A stretch of DNA of 64,000 bases from an uncultured bacterium (lineage in GTDB: Bacteria; Patescibacteriota; Minisyncoccia; Phycocordibacterales; PALSA-1337). This document shows positions 9,193 to 18,760 of this stretch, piece after piece. The stretch spans positions 5,156-69,155 of the forward strand of contig CAIQIZ010000022.1 in assembly GCA_903872035.1 (NCBI GenBank). The letters are read 5' to 3'. The position numbers and the translations under genes were made by a program. The notes below the pieces were generated by a model, which saw nothing but the letters and a program-made list of their open reading frames with translations, searched no databases and was not told where the DNA came from. Each line of letters starts with the position of its first letter. Positions within the stretch are counted from its first letter, which is position 1.

Positions 9193-9975
9193 ATGAACTA
9201 CAGAAGTTTTATACCCGAAGTTAAGTTTGAGCCTGCTCCAATAAAGTTAGAGGCTGAATATTTGTATTATTTTTCTCGGATAGAACCGAGATTTGGTGCG
9301 GTAATTAATAGGGTCTATCCAGAGCTGCAGGGCATCATCGAAAAATCAGAGAATAAAAGTGAAGCTATCCTGAAATGTCGAGAATTTGCTGAAAAGGTAA
9401 TCGAAAACAACAAAACGAGCATCATAAAGGCAAAAGATGATTTTCAAAACGATTGGAAATTGGTCAGCACAGAATTTCTCGAGACTTTAAGTGAACATTT
9501 TGAAACCGAATGGCCTAGAGATAAAGGTGTTATAACTGGATACGTATCGATCGTGCCGATATTTCCGCGAATGTTGGATAAGTACTCCTTTTTTGTGGGA
9601 TATCCGGTGAAAATAGCGCGAGCAAGAGAGATAATCGCTCACGAAATCATTCATTTTCTTTGGTTCAAGAAATGGAAAGAGGTATTTCCAGAAATTTCCA
9701 CTGATCAATACAATAGTCCTCATTTAACATGGAGATTGAGTGAAGTAATGGATCAGATCATTCTTCAATGCCACCCCAGGCTCCAAAGTCTGATACATCC
9801 GACGATATGGGGTTACCCGTCATTTATGGATTTGAAGATAGGGAATATTGGTATGACTGAATATTTTGTAAATTTGTATACGAAATGCGTGCAGGAAGGT
9901 CAAAGTTTCGAGAATACATTGAGGGCTCTGTGGAAAGAGGCTCAAGAGAACAAGGAGGTATTGGAGAAGTTTTGA
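9193..9975 (+). CDS. Hypothetical protein, putative HEXXH zinc metalloprotease
   Basis: IAHEIIHF plus a downstream Glu (LSE). Confidence 0.6.
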   Translation: MNYRSFIPEVKFEPAPIKLEAEYLYYFSRIEPRFGAVINRVYPELQGIIEKSENKSEAILKCREFAEKVIENNKTSIIKAKDDFQNDWKLVSTEFLETLSEHFETEWPRDKGVITGYVSIVPIFPRMLDKYSFFVGYPVKIARAREIIAHEIIHFLWFKKWKEVFPEISTDQYNSPHLTWRLSEVMDQIILQCHPRLQSLIHPTIWGYPSFMDLKIGNIGMTEYFVNLYTKCVQEGQSFENTLRALWKEAQENKEVLEKF

Positions 9976-10114
9976 GTATAGAGGCCTTGTCATTGTTTGA
10001 ATCATATTATACTATTAGGACAGAACCGGATCGAATCATAGGCAATTTAGACTCGTGGTTCTACTGCGAGGTTGCGTATGGTCGCCGGTGACCTTTCAAA
10101 ACGAAAGGCTATGC

Positions 10115-10216
10115 ATGAAAACTGCGAATTCCGCCAAACGGAAAGCAATGGTTGGCAATATCGGCCACACCAAAGTCGCCATGACTACCTGCACATGCGG
10201 GTGCTTTTGGAGCTGA
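10115..10216 (+). CDS. 33-aa Cys-rich peptide (MKTANSAKRKAMVGNIGHTKVAMTTCTCGCFWS)
   Basis: Translated by hand. GAAAGG ribosome-binding site at 10103-10108 and a promoter-like TTGTCA...TATACT near 9988-10015. Confidence 0.45.
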   Translation: MKTANSAKRKAMVGNIGHTKVAMTTCTCGCFWS

Positions 10217-10238
10217 GGTTGTCCAATAGTGTCTATCA

Positions 10239-10918
10239 ATGGCGGCTACTACGGCTTTGATAACGCCTTCAGACGTCAAAGTCGCCGCTGGACAGCAGTT
10301 CAACGTCGTCATAGCGGTCAATCCCAATGGCGGCAGTGATTTTGCCGAACAAGTGAAAGTTGATTTTCCGGCTGACCTTATCCAAGTGACCTCATTCAAT
10401 ATCGGAAGCAATTGGATGTCATTGACTCAACCGGGATATGATTCTATAGACAACGTAATGGAGTTTTGACCAAGACAGCCGGATATGCCGGAGGGATAAC
10501 TTCGCAGACGCCATTTGGAACCATTACCTTTACGGCTCTCAAATCCGGAAGCGGTGCTATCACCATCGTGAATGGATCTCAAGCTTTTCAGAAGAACGGT
10601 CAGACGCCTATCACTGGAACAGGAGCGTCCATCGTAGTGACGGCGGCCACAGTTGCACCGAAAACATCTCCGAGGACTACTCTGACAGCATCAGTCTCAA
10701 ATGATCTTACGCCTGTCACGACCATAAACGGTCAAATGGTCTCTACAACACCAGCCCAAGAGGCGGCCACGGCGGTCGCGGCTTCACAAGCGGCGGCAGT
10801 CAATGCTTCCGGAGCAAGCGCGTCAGGTCAGACATGGTTGTGGATATTGCTCGTCATCGTGGTTCTGGCACTCATCGGTTGGTGGATGTTCAGCCGAAAA
10901 CCGCGCTCGAAGTTTTAG
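10239..10918 (+). pseudogene. Cohesin-like Ig domain protein with C-terminal membrane anchor; 5'-truncated and frameshifted
   Basis: The ORFs 10239-10469 and 10466-10918 join (DSIDN.NGVLTKTAGY) with a 1-nt shift near 10456. An in-frame TAG at 10227 removes any signal peptide. Confidence 0.7.
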
Positions 10919-11002
10919 GACTTCAGGCTCCGCCTTTACAAAATAACGTGAATTTACAATACGTTCTTTACTGTTGGCGGAGTATACTGATAGAATGCAA
11001 AT

Positions 11003-11986
11003 ATGAATAAAATTTATCCAAAAAAATTAGAAAAAGGCGATGAAATCAGAGTAATAGCGCCATCCAGGTCGATGTCCATTATTTCTAAGGCAAACGGAGA
11101 GATTGCCGATAAGCGCCTTAGGGATTTGGGTTTTAATATTTCCTTCGGGAAAAATGTTGCAGAAAACGATAGCTTTCATTCCTCATCTATAAAATCAAGG
11201 ATAGCTGATTTACATGAGGCCTTTTTGGATAAGAAAATTAAGGCTGTTTTTGCTGTAATTGGTGGATTTAATTGTAATCAACTTTTACGATATATAGATT
11301 GGAATATTATTAAGAATAATCCCAAGATATTCATCGGTTACTCGGACACCACTGCATTGCAAAACGCTATTTTTGCCAAGACTGGTTTGGTAACATATTC
11401 TGGTCCAGCATGGTCCACTTTTGGTCAGAAGCTTCATTTTGATTACACTTTGGAATATTTTAAAAAATGCTTAATGTCCGACAATAGATTTTCCATTGAA
11501 CCATCTGAAAATTGGACTGATGATGAATGGTTTAATGATCAAGATAAAAGAGAACTAATAAAATATGATGGATGGCTAGTGATAAACAAAGGCAATGCGT
11601 CTGGTACACTGCTCGGTGCAAACCTTTGTACTTTTAACTTGCTTCAGGGAACGGAATATTTTCCGGATCTGAATAATTCGGTCTTATTTTTGGAAGATGA
11701 TGATGACGGTTCACGGAATGCGGGTTTTGATAGAGATTTGCAATCCCTAATTCATCAGCCTTCTTTTAAGGGTGTGAAAGGCATAGTGATCGGTAGATTT
11801 CAAAAGAAAAGTGAGATTACAAAGGAAAAACTAATTCAAATAATAAATACGAAAGCTGAACTTAAGGACATCCCTGTAATTTCAAATGTTGATTTCGGGC
11901 ATACTAGTCCCATAATAACTTTTCCAATAGGTGGTGAGGCAACAGTAGATACTAAAAATAATAGTATTATTATAACTAAGCATTAA
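11003..11986 (+). CDS. S66 family LD-carboxypeptidase (MccF/LdcA-like)
   Basis: IGYSDTTAL, LFLED and DFGHTSP catalytic Ser/Glu/His motifs. AT-rich. Confidence 0.92.
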   Translation: MNKIYPKKLEKGDEIRVIAPSRSMSIISKANGEIADKRLRDLGFNISFGKNVAENDSFHSSSIKSRIADLHEAFLDKKIKAVFAVIGGFNCNQLLRYIDWNIIKNNPKIFIGYSDTTALQNAIFAKTGLVTYSGPAWSTFGQKLHFDYTLEYFKKCLMSDNRFSIEPSENWTDDEWFNDQDKRELIKYDGWLVINKGNASGTLLGANLCTFNLLQGTEYFPDLNNSVLFLEDDDDGSRNAGFDRDLQSLIHQPSFKGVKGIVIGRFQKKSEITKEKLIQIINTKAELKDIPVISNVDFGHTSPIITFPIGGEATVDTKNNSIIITKH

Positions 11987-12022
11987 TTATCGCACTTGTA
12001 AAAAACCTGCTATATTGTCCCC

Positions 12023-13159
12023 ATGTCCCTCTCCATCGGCATCGTCGGGCTCCCAAATGTCGGCAAATCGACTCTATTCAATGCGCTGACCCGGAAATCG
12101 GTCCCGGCCGAAAACTATCCTTTTTGCACCATCGATCCTTCGGTGGGTGTTGTGGCTGTGCCTGATGAGCGTTTGCAAAAGCTCTCGGACTTCTCTGTCT
12201 CAGTGAAAACAGTGCCTGCCGCAGTTGAATTCACTGACATCGCCGGTCTGGTCAAAGGCGCATCTGAAGGCGAAGGACTCGGAAATAAGTTCCTTTCACA
12301 TATCCGCGAAACGGACGCTATCGCCCAGGTAGTGCGCATCTTCGAAGACGAGAATGTTATTCACGTTAATGCAAAAATTGACCCATTGAAGGATATAGAA
12401 GTCATAAACCTAGAATTGGTTCTGGCGGATTTGCAGACAGCTACCAAGCGGATGCATTCATTGGTCAAAGAAGTCAAAGCTGGCAAGAAGGAGGCTATCA
12501 TTGAAGCTGGACTTCTGGACAAGATCATTCCGGCATTGGAAGCAGGGAAGCTGGCGTCGACAGTTGTGGCTGATGAATTCGAGGCGCCATTCCTCAAGCA
12601 ATTGTGCCTTATTACTTCAAAACCATTTCTTTATGTCTTGAACAAGAAGGCTGGCGCCAAGAATCTGGATGAATCTGTCCGAGGTGCGGCCTCGGAAATG
12701 GATGAAAGGTGGGTTAAGCTGATGAACTTCCTCGAAGGAGGTGGCACCTCCGAGGAGGTGCCACCTCCATATGTCATCGTCGACGCCGGTGTCGAGCAAG
12801 AATTGAAAGACCTAGATGAAGTGGATAAATTGGAGATGCGCGAAGGGCTCGGTGCTCACAACGATGGCACCGATGAGCTCATCAAGCGCGGCTACGACTT
12901 ACTCGGTCTCATCACCTATTTCACTACTGGAACCGATGAAACGCGTGCATGGACGATAAAGAAAGGCTGGACCGCTCCAGAAGCCGGGACTGCTATTCAT
13001 ACTGATTTCAAAGAAAAATTCGTTCGTGCCGAAGTCATCGAATGGGACAAACTCCTCTCCGTCGGCTCATACGCTGCCGCTCGCGAAAAAGGCTTGCTCC
13101 GCACCGAAGGGAAGGAGTATGTGGTCAAAGATGGGGATGTGATAGAGTTTAGGGTGTAG
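12023..13159 (+). CDS. ychF: Redox-regulated ATPase YchF
   Basis: GIVGLPNVGKSTLFN, NYPFCTI, DIAGLV and C-terminal TGS domain. Confidence 0.97.
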   Translation: MSLSIGIVGLPNVGKSTLFNALTRKSVPAENYPFCTIDPSVGVVAVPDERLQKLSDFSVSVKTVPAAVEFTDIAGLVKGASEGEGLGNKFLSHIRETDAIAQVVRIFEDENVIHVNAKIDPLKDIEVINLELVLADLQTATKRMHSLVKEVKAGKKEAIIEAGLLDKIIPALEAGKLASTVVADEFEAPFLKQLCLITSKPFLYVLNKKAGAKNLDESVRGAASEMDERWVKLMNFLEGGGTSEEVPPPYVIVDAGVEQELKDLDEVDKLEMREGLGAHNDGTDELIKRGYDLLGLITYFTTGTDETRAWTIKKGWTAPEAGTAIHTDFKEKFVRAEVIEWDKLLSVGSYAAAREKGLLRTEGKEYVVKDGDVIEFRV

Positions 13160-13204
13160 GAAAAAAGGCCGGCTGTAAAACCGGCTTGAAGGAAACTGAC
13201 TGAC

Positions 13205-13387
13205 TTAGTTTCGTTGAGTCTCGATCTCTCGGAGCAAGGCTAAACCTTTGCTTCCGTCAGGATCGAATGACCTCAATCGATGATTGGCTCGACTTAATCC
13301 TTCATCACTATCTTCAGGCGGAGCCGTATGATGCGAATCATAGTGATCAGAGGAATAAAGAGCCTCTGGCGCAAGTTTTTGTTTCAT
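13205..13387 (-). CDS. Small hypothetical protein
   Basis: ORF with TGCTATACT upstream on the - strand and a terminator-like hairpin at ~13161-13187. Confidence 0.45.
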   Translation of the reverse strand: MKQKLAPEALYSSDHYDSHHTAPPEDSDEGLSRANHRLRSFDPDGSKGLALLREIETQRN

Positions 13388-13654
13388 AATTCACCTAGGA
13401 AAAGTATAGCATGAAGATGGTGGTCTCATAGAGTTTAAGATATAATTTTGAATTCTATGACCCTGAGTGAGACGGTTAGGCGAACGAATGGGTGATTGAG
13501 TTTAAGATATAACAGGCTGTGGATGCGCTCTTTGTCGGGATATAGTAGTATTATCATCCAGAAGTTGGTTTGCATTCTACTAGCAGATGTGGTATAATTA
13601 GCCTATAGGAAATTTCAGTTCTGTAAAATGATAAGTAAAATTAGGAGTCAAATT

Positions 13655-13882
13655 ATGATTAGAACAAGAAGACTGCCTTATGATGGTTTTGCCGATGAAC
13701 CAAAGTTTCACTGGTCGGTGCAACAAGTTCATTACAAGTCGCCATTGAAAGGCGTTCCAGCATCCAGTAATCGACAGCCTTATGACGCGGACAAGCCGGA
13801 AATATTCGGTGCCATGTTGTTGATCGCGCTAGTCGTCGGTTTGGTCAGCGTGGCTGTCATCACACCGTTCTTCCATTCATAG
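13655..13882 (+). CDS. Small hypothetical membrane protein
   Basis: AGGAG ribosome-binding site before ATG 13655, C-terminal TM helix, terminator at ~13901-13931. Confidence 0.55.
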   Translation: MIRTRRLPYDGFADEPKFHWSVQQVHYKSPLKGVPASSNRQPYDADKPEIFGAMLLIALVVGLVSVAVITPFFHS

Positions 13883-13963
13883 CGCCATTGGCGCACTCTA
13901 GGGCCCCCGATCCATTCGGTGGCCTTTTTTGTATCTTCCGAGCATTTGCGCTATATTTAATCG

Positions 13964-16900
13964 ATGAAAAAGAAACTCAAAGGAGGTGCCACCTCCAAAT
14001 ATAACCCAGCAACGATCGAGCCAAAATGGCAGAAGAAGTGGGAAAAGGAAAAGCTTTACGTGGCCAAGGAAAAGGCTGGTAAGAAGAAATTTTATGGCTT
14101 GATCGAATTTCCGTATCCATCTGGTGATGGTTTGCATGTTGGCCATATCCGCAGCAATACTGCCATGGATATCATATGCCGAAAGCGACGTCGTGAAGGG
14201 TTCGAAGTGCTATATCCCATAGGATGGGATGCTTTTGGTCTGCCAACAGAGAATTACGCTATCAAGACTGGTATTCAACCTTCAGTAGTCACCAAGAAGA
14301 ACACTGATACCTTCCGCAAACAACTGAAAGCTCTCGGCTTCTCATTCGATTGGTCAAGGGAAGTTAATACGACCGATCCAAAATACTATCGCTGGACGCA
14401 ATGGATATTCTTGCAGCTTTTGAAGAATGGTCTGGCATACAAGAAGAAGATGACGATCAATTGGTGTCCCAAAGATTTGATCGGCTTGGCCAACGAGGAA
14501 GTGGTGAATGGCCGCTGCGAGCGTTGTGGCACGCCGGTAGAGAAGCGTGAAAAGGAACAATGGATGCTGGCTATAACAAAATACGCAGAACGTCTCGACA
14601 GAGATCTTGATGATGTAGATTATCTACCAAAGATTAAGACCCAACAGAGGAATTGGATCGGCAAAAGCGAGGGAGCGGAGATCGATTTTAGATTGACGAT
14701 TAAGAATAGTAAGACGAGATTCGTGATTCTTCATGGCTTCGATGGGGGAGCCACGACGGATTTCCACCCATGGCTAAAAGAAGTGTTGGAGAAGCGTGGT
14801 CATGAAGTTGAACTTCCGGAATTGCCGAACGCCTATCATCCTAAGGAAGCCGAGCAAGTCGAATATGTTCTAAAGAATTGTAAATTGGATGAGAATACGG
14901 TTATTGTCGCTCATAGTTTAGGCGCGGTCGTGGCCATGAAAGCCTTGATGAAATTGAACAAGCCAATCTCTGGTTTGGTCTTGGTGGCCGCTGCCGTCGA
15001 TCCGAAATTCGACAAATTTTATGAGTCGCGTCCATTTGCCAAAGAATTCGACTGGAAATACGATTACGCTTTGCTTCAAAAGCTGACTGGTGGAAAGGTC
15101 GCAGTGCTTTCAGATCTCAAAGAAAAGCACAGAAGTCGTTATTTGAAATTCTTGGCTGAAAAGTTGAATGCACGTTTTGTTGAAACCAGTAGCGTAGAAG
15201 AGCATTTCTGCGCCAAAGAAGAGCCGGAAGTCCTCAAAGCCGTCACTCCATCTATCAAAGTCTTCACCACTCGCCCTGACACGCTCTTCGGGGCGACTTA
15301 TATGGTCTTGGCGCCAGAAAATCCTTGGGTCAAGATAGTTTTATCGCAGCTTGAGAACAAGACTGAAGTTGAAGCATATATCGCCAAAGCCTCGCATGAG
15401 ACAGAGATAGAACGCACTGATGCCACCAAAGAAAAGACGGGCGTCGAATTGAAGGGCGTGAAGGCGGTCAATCCCGCTAACAACGAAGAGATCCCGGTAT
15501 GGATCGCAGATTATGTTCTCTCTGACTACGGCACGGGAGCTATCATGGCTGTTCCGGCGCATGATGAGAGAGACTGGGAGTTTGCCAAGAAATTTGGGTT
15601 GCCGATCCGACATGTCGTTATACCGCAAAGGATTGGATTTCCTGGCGAGCTGGCTTTTCGTCCAAATGAACCGGTTGTCAATCGTAGGGTCATTCGTGCG
15701 GTAGTCAAACATTGGTCAGATAATTCCTACGCAGTTCTGACTTGGAAAGACAATGGCTGGAAGACGTTCATATCCGGTGGTATCGAAGAAGGAGAGGACC
15801 CAGTGACTGCTGCCAAAAGAGAGATATTCGAAGAGATCGGTTACAAAAATGCGGAGTTCGTCGGACCTATAGGTGGGCCGGTTCAAGCGAAGTTCTACGC
15901 GCCAAATAAGAAACAAAATCGTATCGATATCCAACAAGGATTGCTCTTCAAGCTGAAGAATGACGAGCGGGTGGACGTATCTCCTGACGAGCTCAAGATT
16001 CACGAGATGCAATGGTTACCGTGGGAATCTCTTGGTGAATTTATGAAGGGTACCATCATGGACTCATTCTTATTTGAGCGCCTCAATAGTGGTAATAATC
16101 AGTACTTTATCGGTAGTGGCATATTGATCGACTCTGGCCAATTCTCAGGAAGAGATTCCGAGTCGGCCATGAAAGAGATCACCGAATCGGTCGGCGGAAA
16201 ATGGGTCACCAAGTACAAGCTTCGCGATTGGGTATTTTCTCGTCAGCGGTATTGGGGCGAGCCTATTCCGGTCGTGCATTGTGACGCTTGTGAAGCGAAA
16301 GATCCTGACAATGGTGGCTGGGTTCCAATTCCGGAAAAGGACCTGCCGGTAAAGCTGCCGGTCGTGAAGAATTATAAACCGACACAGACTGGGGAATCTC
16401 CATTGGCTGCCATGACCAAATGGGTCAATGTCAAATGTCCAGTATGTAAGGGACCAGCCAAAAGAGAGACTGATACTATGCCGAACTGGGCTGGCTCGAG
16501 CTGGTACTACTTGCGCTATGTCGACCCAAAGAATGCGACACGATTTGCTGACTCAAAGAAATTGAAGTATTGGACACCTGTCGACTGGTATAACGGCGGT
16601 ATGGAACATACCACCTTACACCTCCTATATTCGCGTTTCTGGCACAAATTCTTGTTCGACCAGGGCGTGGTCCCGACGAGCGAGCCATATACAAAGAGGA
16701 CTTCCCACGGGCTCATCCTGGCGGAATTCGGGGTGAAGATGTCCAAGTCCAAAGGTAACGTTGTCAATCCAGATACCATCGTTAAAGCTGTCGGTGCCGA
16801 TGCGTTACGTGTATACGAGATGTTCATGGGACCTTTCGATCAACCGATCGCTTGGGATACGGACAATATCGCTGGATCACGCCGTTTCATTGAACGCGTT

Positions 16901-17458
16901 TGGAATATGCGCCAGCGAATTACTGGTGGAGCAGCCGAATCTTCGCCAGCTTCGGCGCAAACCGATCGAATCATCCATAAGACCATCAAGAAAGTCGGAG
17001 ATGATATCGAAGCTATGCGATTCAACACAGCCATAAGCTCGCTTATGATACTTGTAAATGAACTTGAGAAGCAGGGAGGAGGAAGGAGGGAGGAGGAAGT
17101 AGAAATTCCAGCCGCTATTTCACGCGAAAATTTTGAGATCCTTCTTAAGCTGCTCGCGCCATTCGCACCACATGTCACTGAAGAGCTTTGGGTCTCTCTA
17201 GGCAATAAAAAATCGATCCATTTGAGCGACTGGCCGGCTTATGATGCGAGCTTAGCCGCCGATGATGAAGTAAAAATAATCGTGCAAGTTAACGGCAAGG
17301 TCCGCGGCTCGTTCATGGCTAAGCAGGGAGCCCAAATGGAAGATTTGGAACGTCTGGCCAAGGGCTTGCCTGAAGCCAAGAAGTGGTTGGAAGGCAAGCA
17401 GATCGGCAAGGTGATAGTAGTGCCGAATCGTCTCGTCAACATCGTGTTGACAAATTAG
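13964..17458 (+). CDS. leuS: Leucine--tRNA ligase with inserted alpha/beta-hydrolase and NUDIX domains
   Basis: FPYPSGDGLHVGH (HIGH), KMSKS, FTTRPDT editing motif. 1164 aa because of the insertions. Confidence 0.97.
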   Translation: MKKKLKGGATSKYNPATIEPKWQKKWEKEKLYVAKEKAGKKKFYGLIEFPYPSGDGLHVGHIRSNTAMDIICRKRRREGFEVLYPIGWDAFGLPTENYAIKTGIQPSVVTKKNTDTFRKQLKALGFSFDWSREVNTTDPKYYRWTQWIFLQLLKNGLAYKKKMTINWCPKDLIGLANEEVVNGRCERCGTPVEKREKEQWMLAITKYAERLDRDLDDVDYLPKIKTQQRNWIGKSEGAEIDFRLTIKNSKTRFVILHGFDGGATTDFHPWLKEVLEKRGHEVELPELPNAYHPKEAEQVEYVLKNCKLDENTVIVAHSLGAVVAMKALMKLNKPISGLVLVAAAVDPKFDKFYESRPFAKEFDWKYDYALLQKLTGGKVAVLSDLKEKHRSRYLKFLAEKLNARFVETSSVEEHFCAKEEPEVLKAVTPSIKVFTTRPDTLFGATYMVLAPENPWVKIVLSQLENKTEVEAYIAKASHETEIERTDATKEKTGVELKGVKAVNPANNEEIPVWIADYVLSDYGTGAIMAVPAHDERDWEFAKKFGLPIRHVVIPQRIGFPGELAFRPNEPVVNRRVIRAVVKHWSDNSYAVLTWKDNGWKTFISGGIEEGEDPVTAAKREIFEEIGYKNAEFVGPIGGPVQAKFYAPNKKQNRIDIQQGLLFKLKNDERVDVSPDELKIHEMQWLPWESLGEFMKGTIMDSFLFERLNSGNNQYFIGSGILIDSGQFSGRDSESAMKEITESVGGKWVTKYKLRDWVFSRQRYWGEPIPVVHCDACEAKDPDNGGWVPIPEKDLPVKLPVVKNYKPTQTGESPLAAMTKWVNVKCPVCKGPAKRETDTMPNWAGSSWYYLRYVDPKNATRFADSKKLKYWTPVDWYNGGMEHTTLHLLYSRFWHKFLFDQGVVPTSEPYTKRTSHGLILAEFGVKMSKSKGNVVNPDTIVKAVGADALRVYEMFMGPFDQPIAWDTDNIAGSRRFIERVWNMRQRITGGAAESSPASAQTDRIIHKTIKKVGDDIEAMRFNTAISSLMILVNELEKQGGGRREEEVEIPAAISRENFEILLKLLAPFAPHVTEELWVSLGNKKSIHLSDWPAYDASLAADDEVKIIVQVNGKVRGSFMAKQGAQMEDLERLAKGLPEAKKWLEGKQIGKVIVVPNRLVNIVLTN

Positions 17459-17587
17459 AAGTAATAGTGGTAAGGTAGTCACATTGCCAATGGACGTTTA
17501 GTGTGACATTTGCGGGGATATCCACACATTGTTGACTTTATTTCAAGCTGATGATAAAAATATATTATTAATCATTCGTATTCAACT

Positions 17588-18646
17588 ATGGCCACATCAC
17601 CCATTTCATTTAAACCAAAACAGACCACCAAGAGACTGCTCTCGTCCCTTCCTGATCGTGCCCGCGACGTCATTGTCCATCGTTACGGACTCGGAAAAGA
17701 GACGAAAAGGATGACACTCGATGCTATCGGCAAGCTTTACGGTATAACCCGTGAGCGTGTTCGTCAGATCGAGGCTTACGCCCTCTCGATGGTCCGCAAG
17801 TCTGAGGAATACAAGCAGGAAAAGGCAGCCTTTGCCGAGATAGAGACCCTGCTTCACTCTTTGGGTGGCATTGTTGTTGAAGATGATTTTCTCGGGCATG
17901 TCTCAAAAGATCCAAGCTTGCAAAACCATGTCTTTTTCCTACTAGTTGTCGGCGAACCTTTCCGTAAATTCAAAGAGGACGATGAGTTTCGACATCGCTG
18001 GCACGTCAACGAAGATTTGGCCAAGAAAGTCGAGGGTGCTTTGCGAAAGCTCTACGGTACTTTGAATAATCAAGACCTCCTTCCCGAATCAGAGATGATC
18101 GGAAAATTCTTGACCCATCTGGAAGATGTCTCTGAACGTTATAAAAATCAAGAGATCGTCAAGCGTTGGCTCTCCATTTCCAAAGCTATCGGCAAGAATC
18201 CTCTCGGCGACTGGGGTGTGGCCCAATCTCCGAACGTCAAGACCAAGGGTATGCGCGATTACGCATTCCTGGTCATAAGGAAGCATGGCTCGCCGATCCA
18301 TTTCCGCGAGGTCGCCAAACAGATCACGACTATGTTCAACAAAAAGGCTCACGTCGCAACTACTCACAATGAGCTCATCAAGGATCCTCGTTTCGTGCTC
18401 GTCGGTCGCGGCCTCTACGCTCTAGCTGAATGGGGATATGCTCCAGGAGTCGTCCGTGACGTCATCCGCACAGTCTTGGAGAAGAATGGCGCGCTTTCCA
18501 AGGAGGAAGTCATAGATAAGGTCATGAAGGAGCGCTACGTCAAAGAAAACACTATCATCGTCAATTTGCAAAATCCGAAGTATTTCCGCCGCGATAAAGA
18601 TGGCAAATATCTTCCGTCAGGCGAGAAAGTGAAGGTGGCAGCGTAA
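17588..18646 (+). CDS. Sigma70 region 4 HTH protein with C-terminal HARE-HTH/RNAP-delta-like winged helices
   Basis: RYGL...TLDAIGKLYGITRERVRQIE and HNELIKDPRFVLVGRGLYALAEW. Confidence 0.75.
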   Translation: MATSPISFKPKQTTKRLLSSLPDRARDVIVHRYGLGKETKRMTLDAIGKLYGITRERVRQIEAYALSMVRKSEEYKQEKAAFAEIETLLHSLGGIVVEDDFLGHVSKDPSLQNHVFFLLVVGEPFRKFKEDDEFRHRWHVNEDLAKKVEGALRKLYGTLNNQDLLPESEMIGKFLTHLEDVSERYKNQEIVKRWLSISKAIGKNPLGDWGVAQSPNVKTKGMRDYAFLVIRKHGSPIHFREVAKQITTMFNKKAHVATTHNELIKDPRFVLVGRGLYALAEWGYAPGVVRDVIRTVLEKNGALSKEEVIDKVMKERYVKENTIIVNLQNPKYFRRDKDGKYLPSGEKVKVAA

Positions 18647-18740
18647 AGCAAGGAGGAAGGAGTAAGAAGCAAGGAGTAGGGCATGCCACCCTACTCCATT
18701 CTTCGTTCTCCTTGCTCCTTCCTTCTTACTCCTTGCTCCT
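18647..18740. repeat. Palindromic array of heptamer repeats (AGCAAGG/AGGAAGG/AGTAAGA and complement)
   Basis: Five purine-rich 7-mers, a short spacer, then ~7 complementary pyrimidine-rich 7-mers. Confidence 0.85.
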
Positions 18741-18760
18741 ATATTTGCTATACTATAGCC

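Noticed and set aside
13431-13512. Possible mini-CRISPR or integron attC (GTTAGGC near 13475)
   Set aside because: Only two 15-bp repeats, no cas genes, and no matching RYYYAAC inverse core.
18683-18760. N-terminal extension MPPYSILRSPCSFLLTPCS
   Set aside because: It is a translation of the heptamer repeat array.
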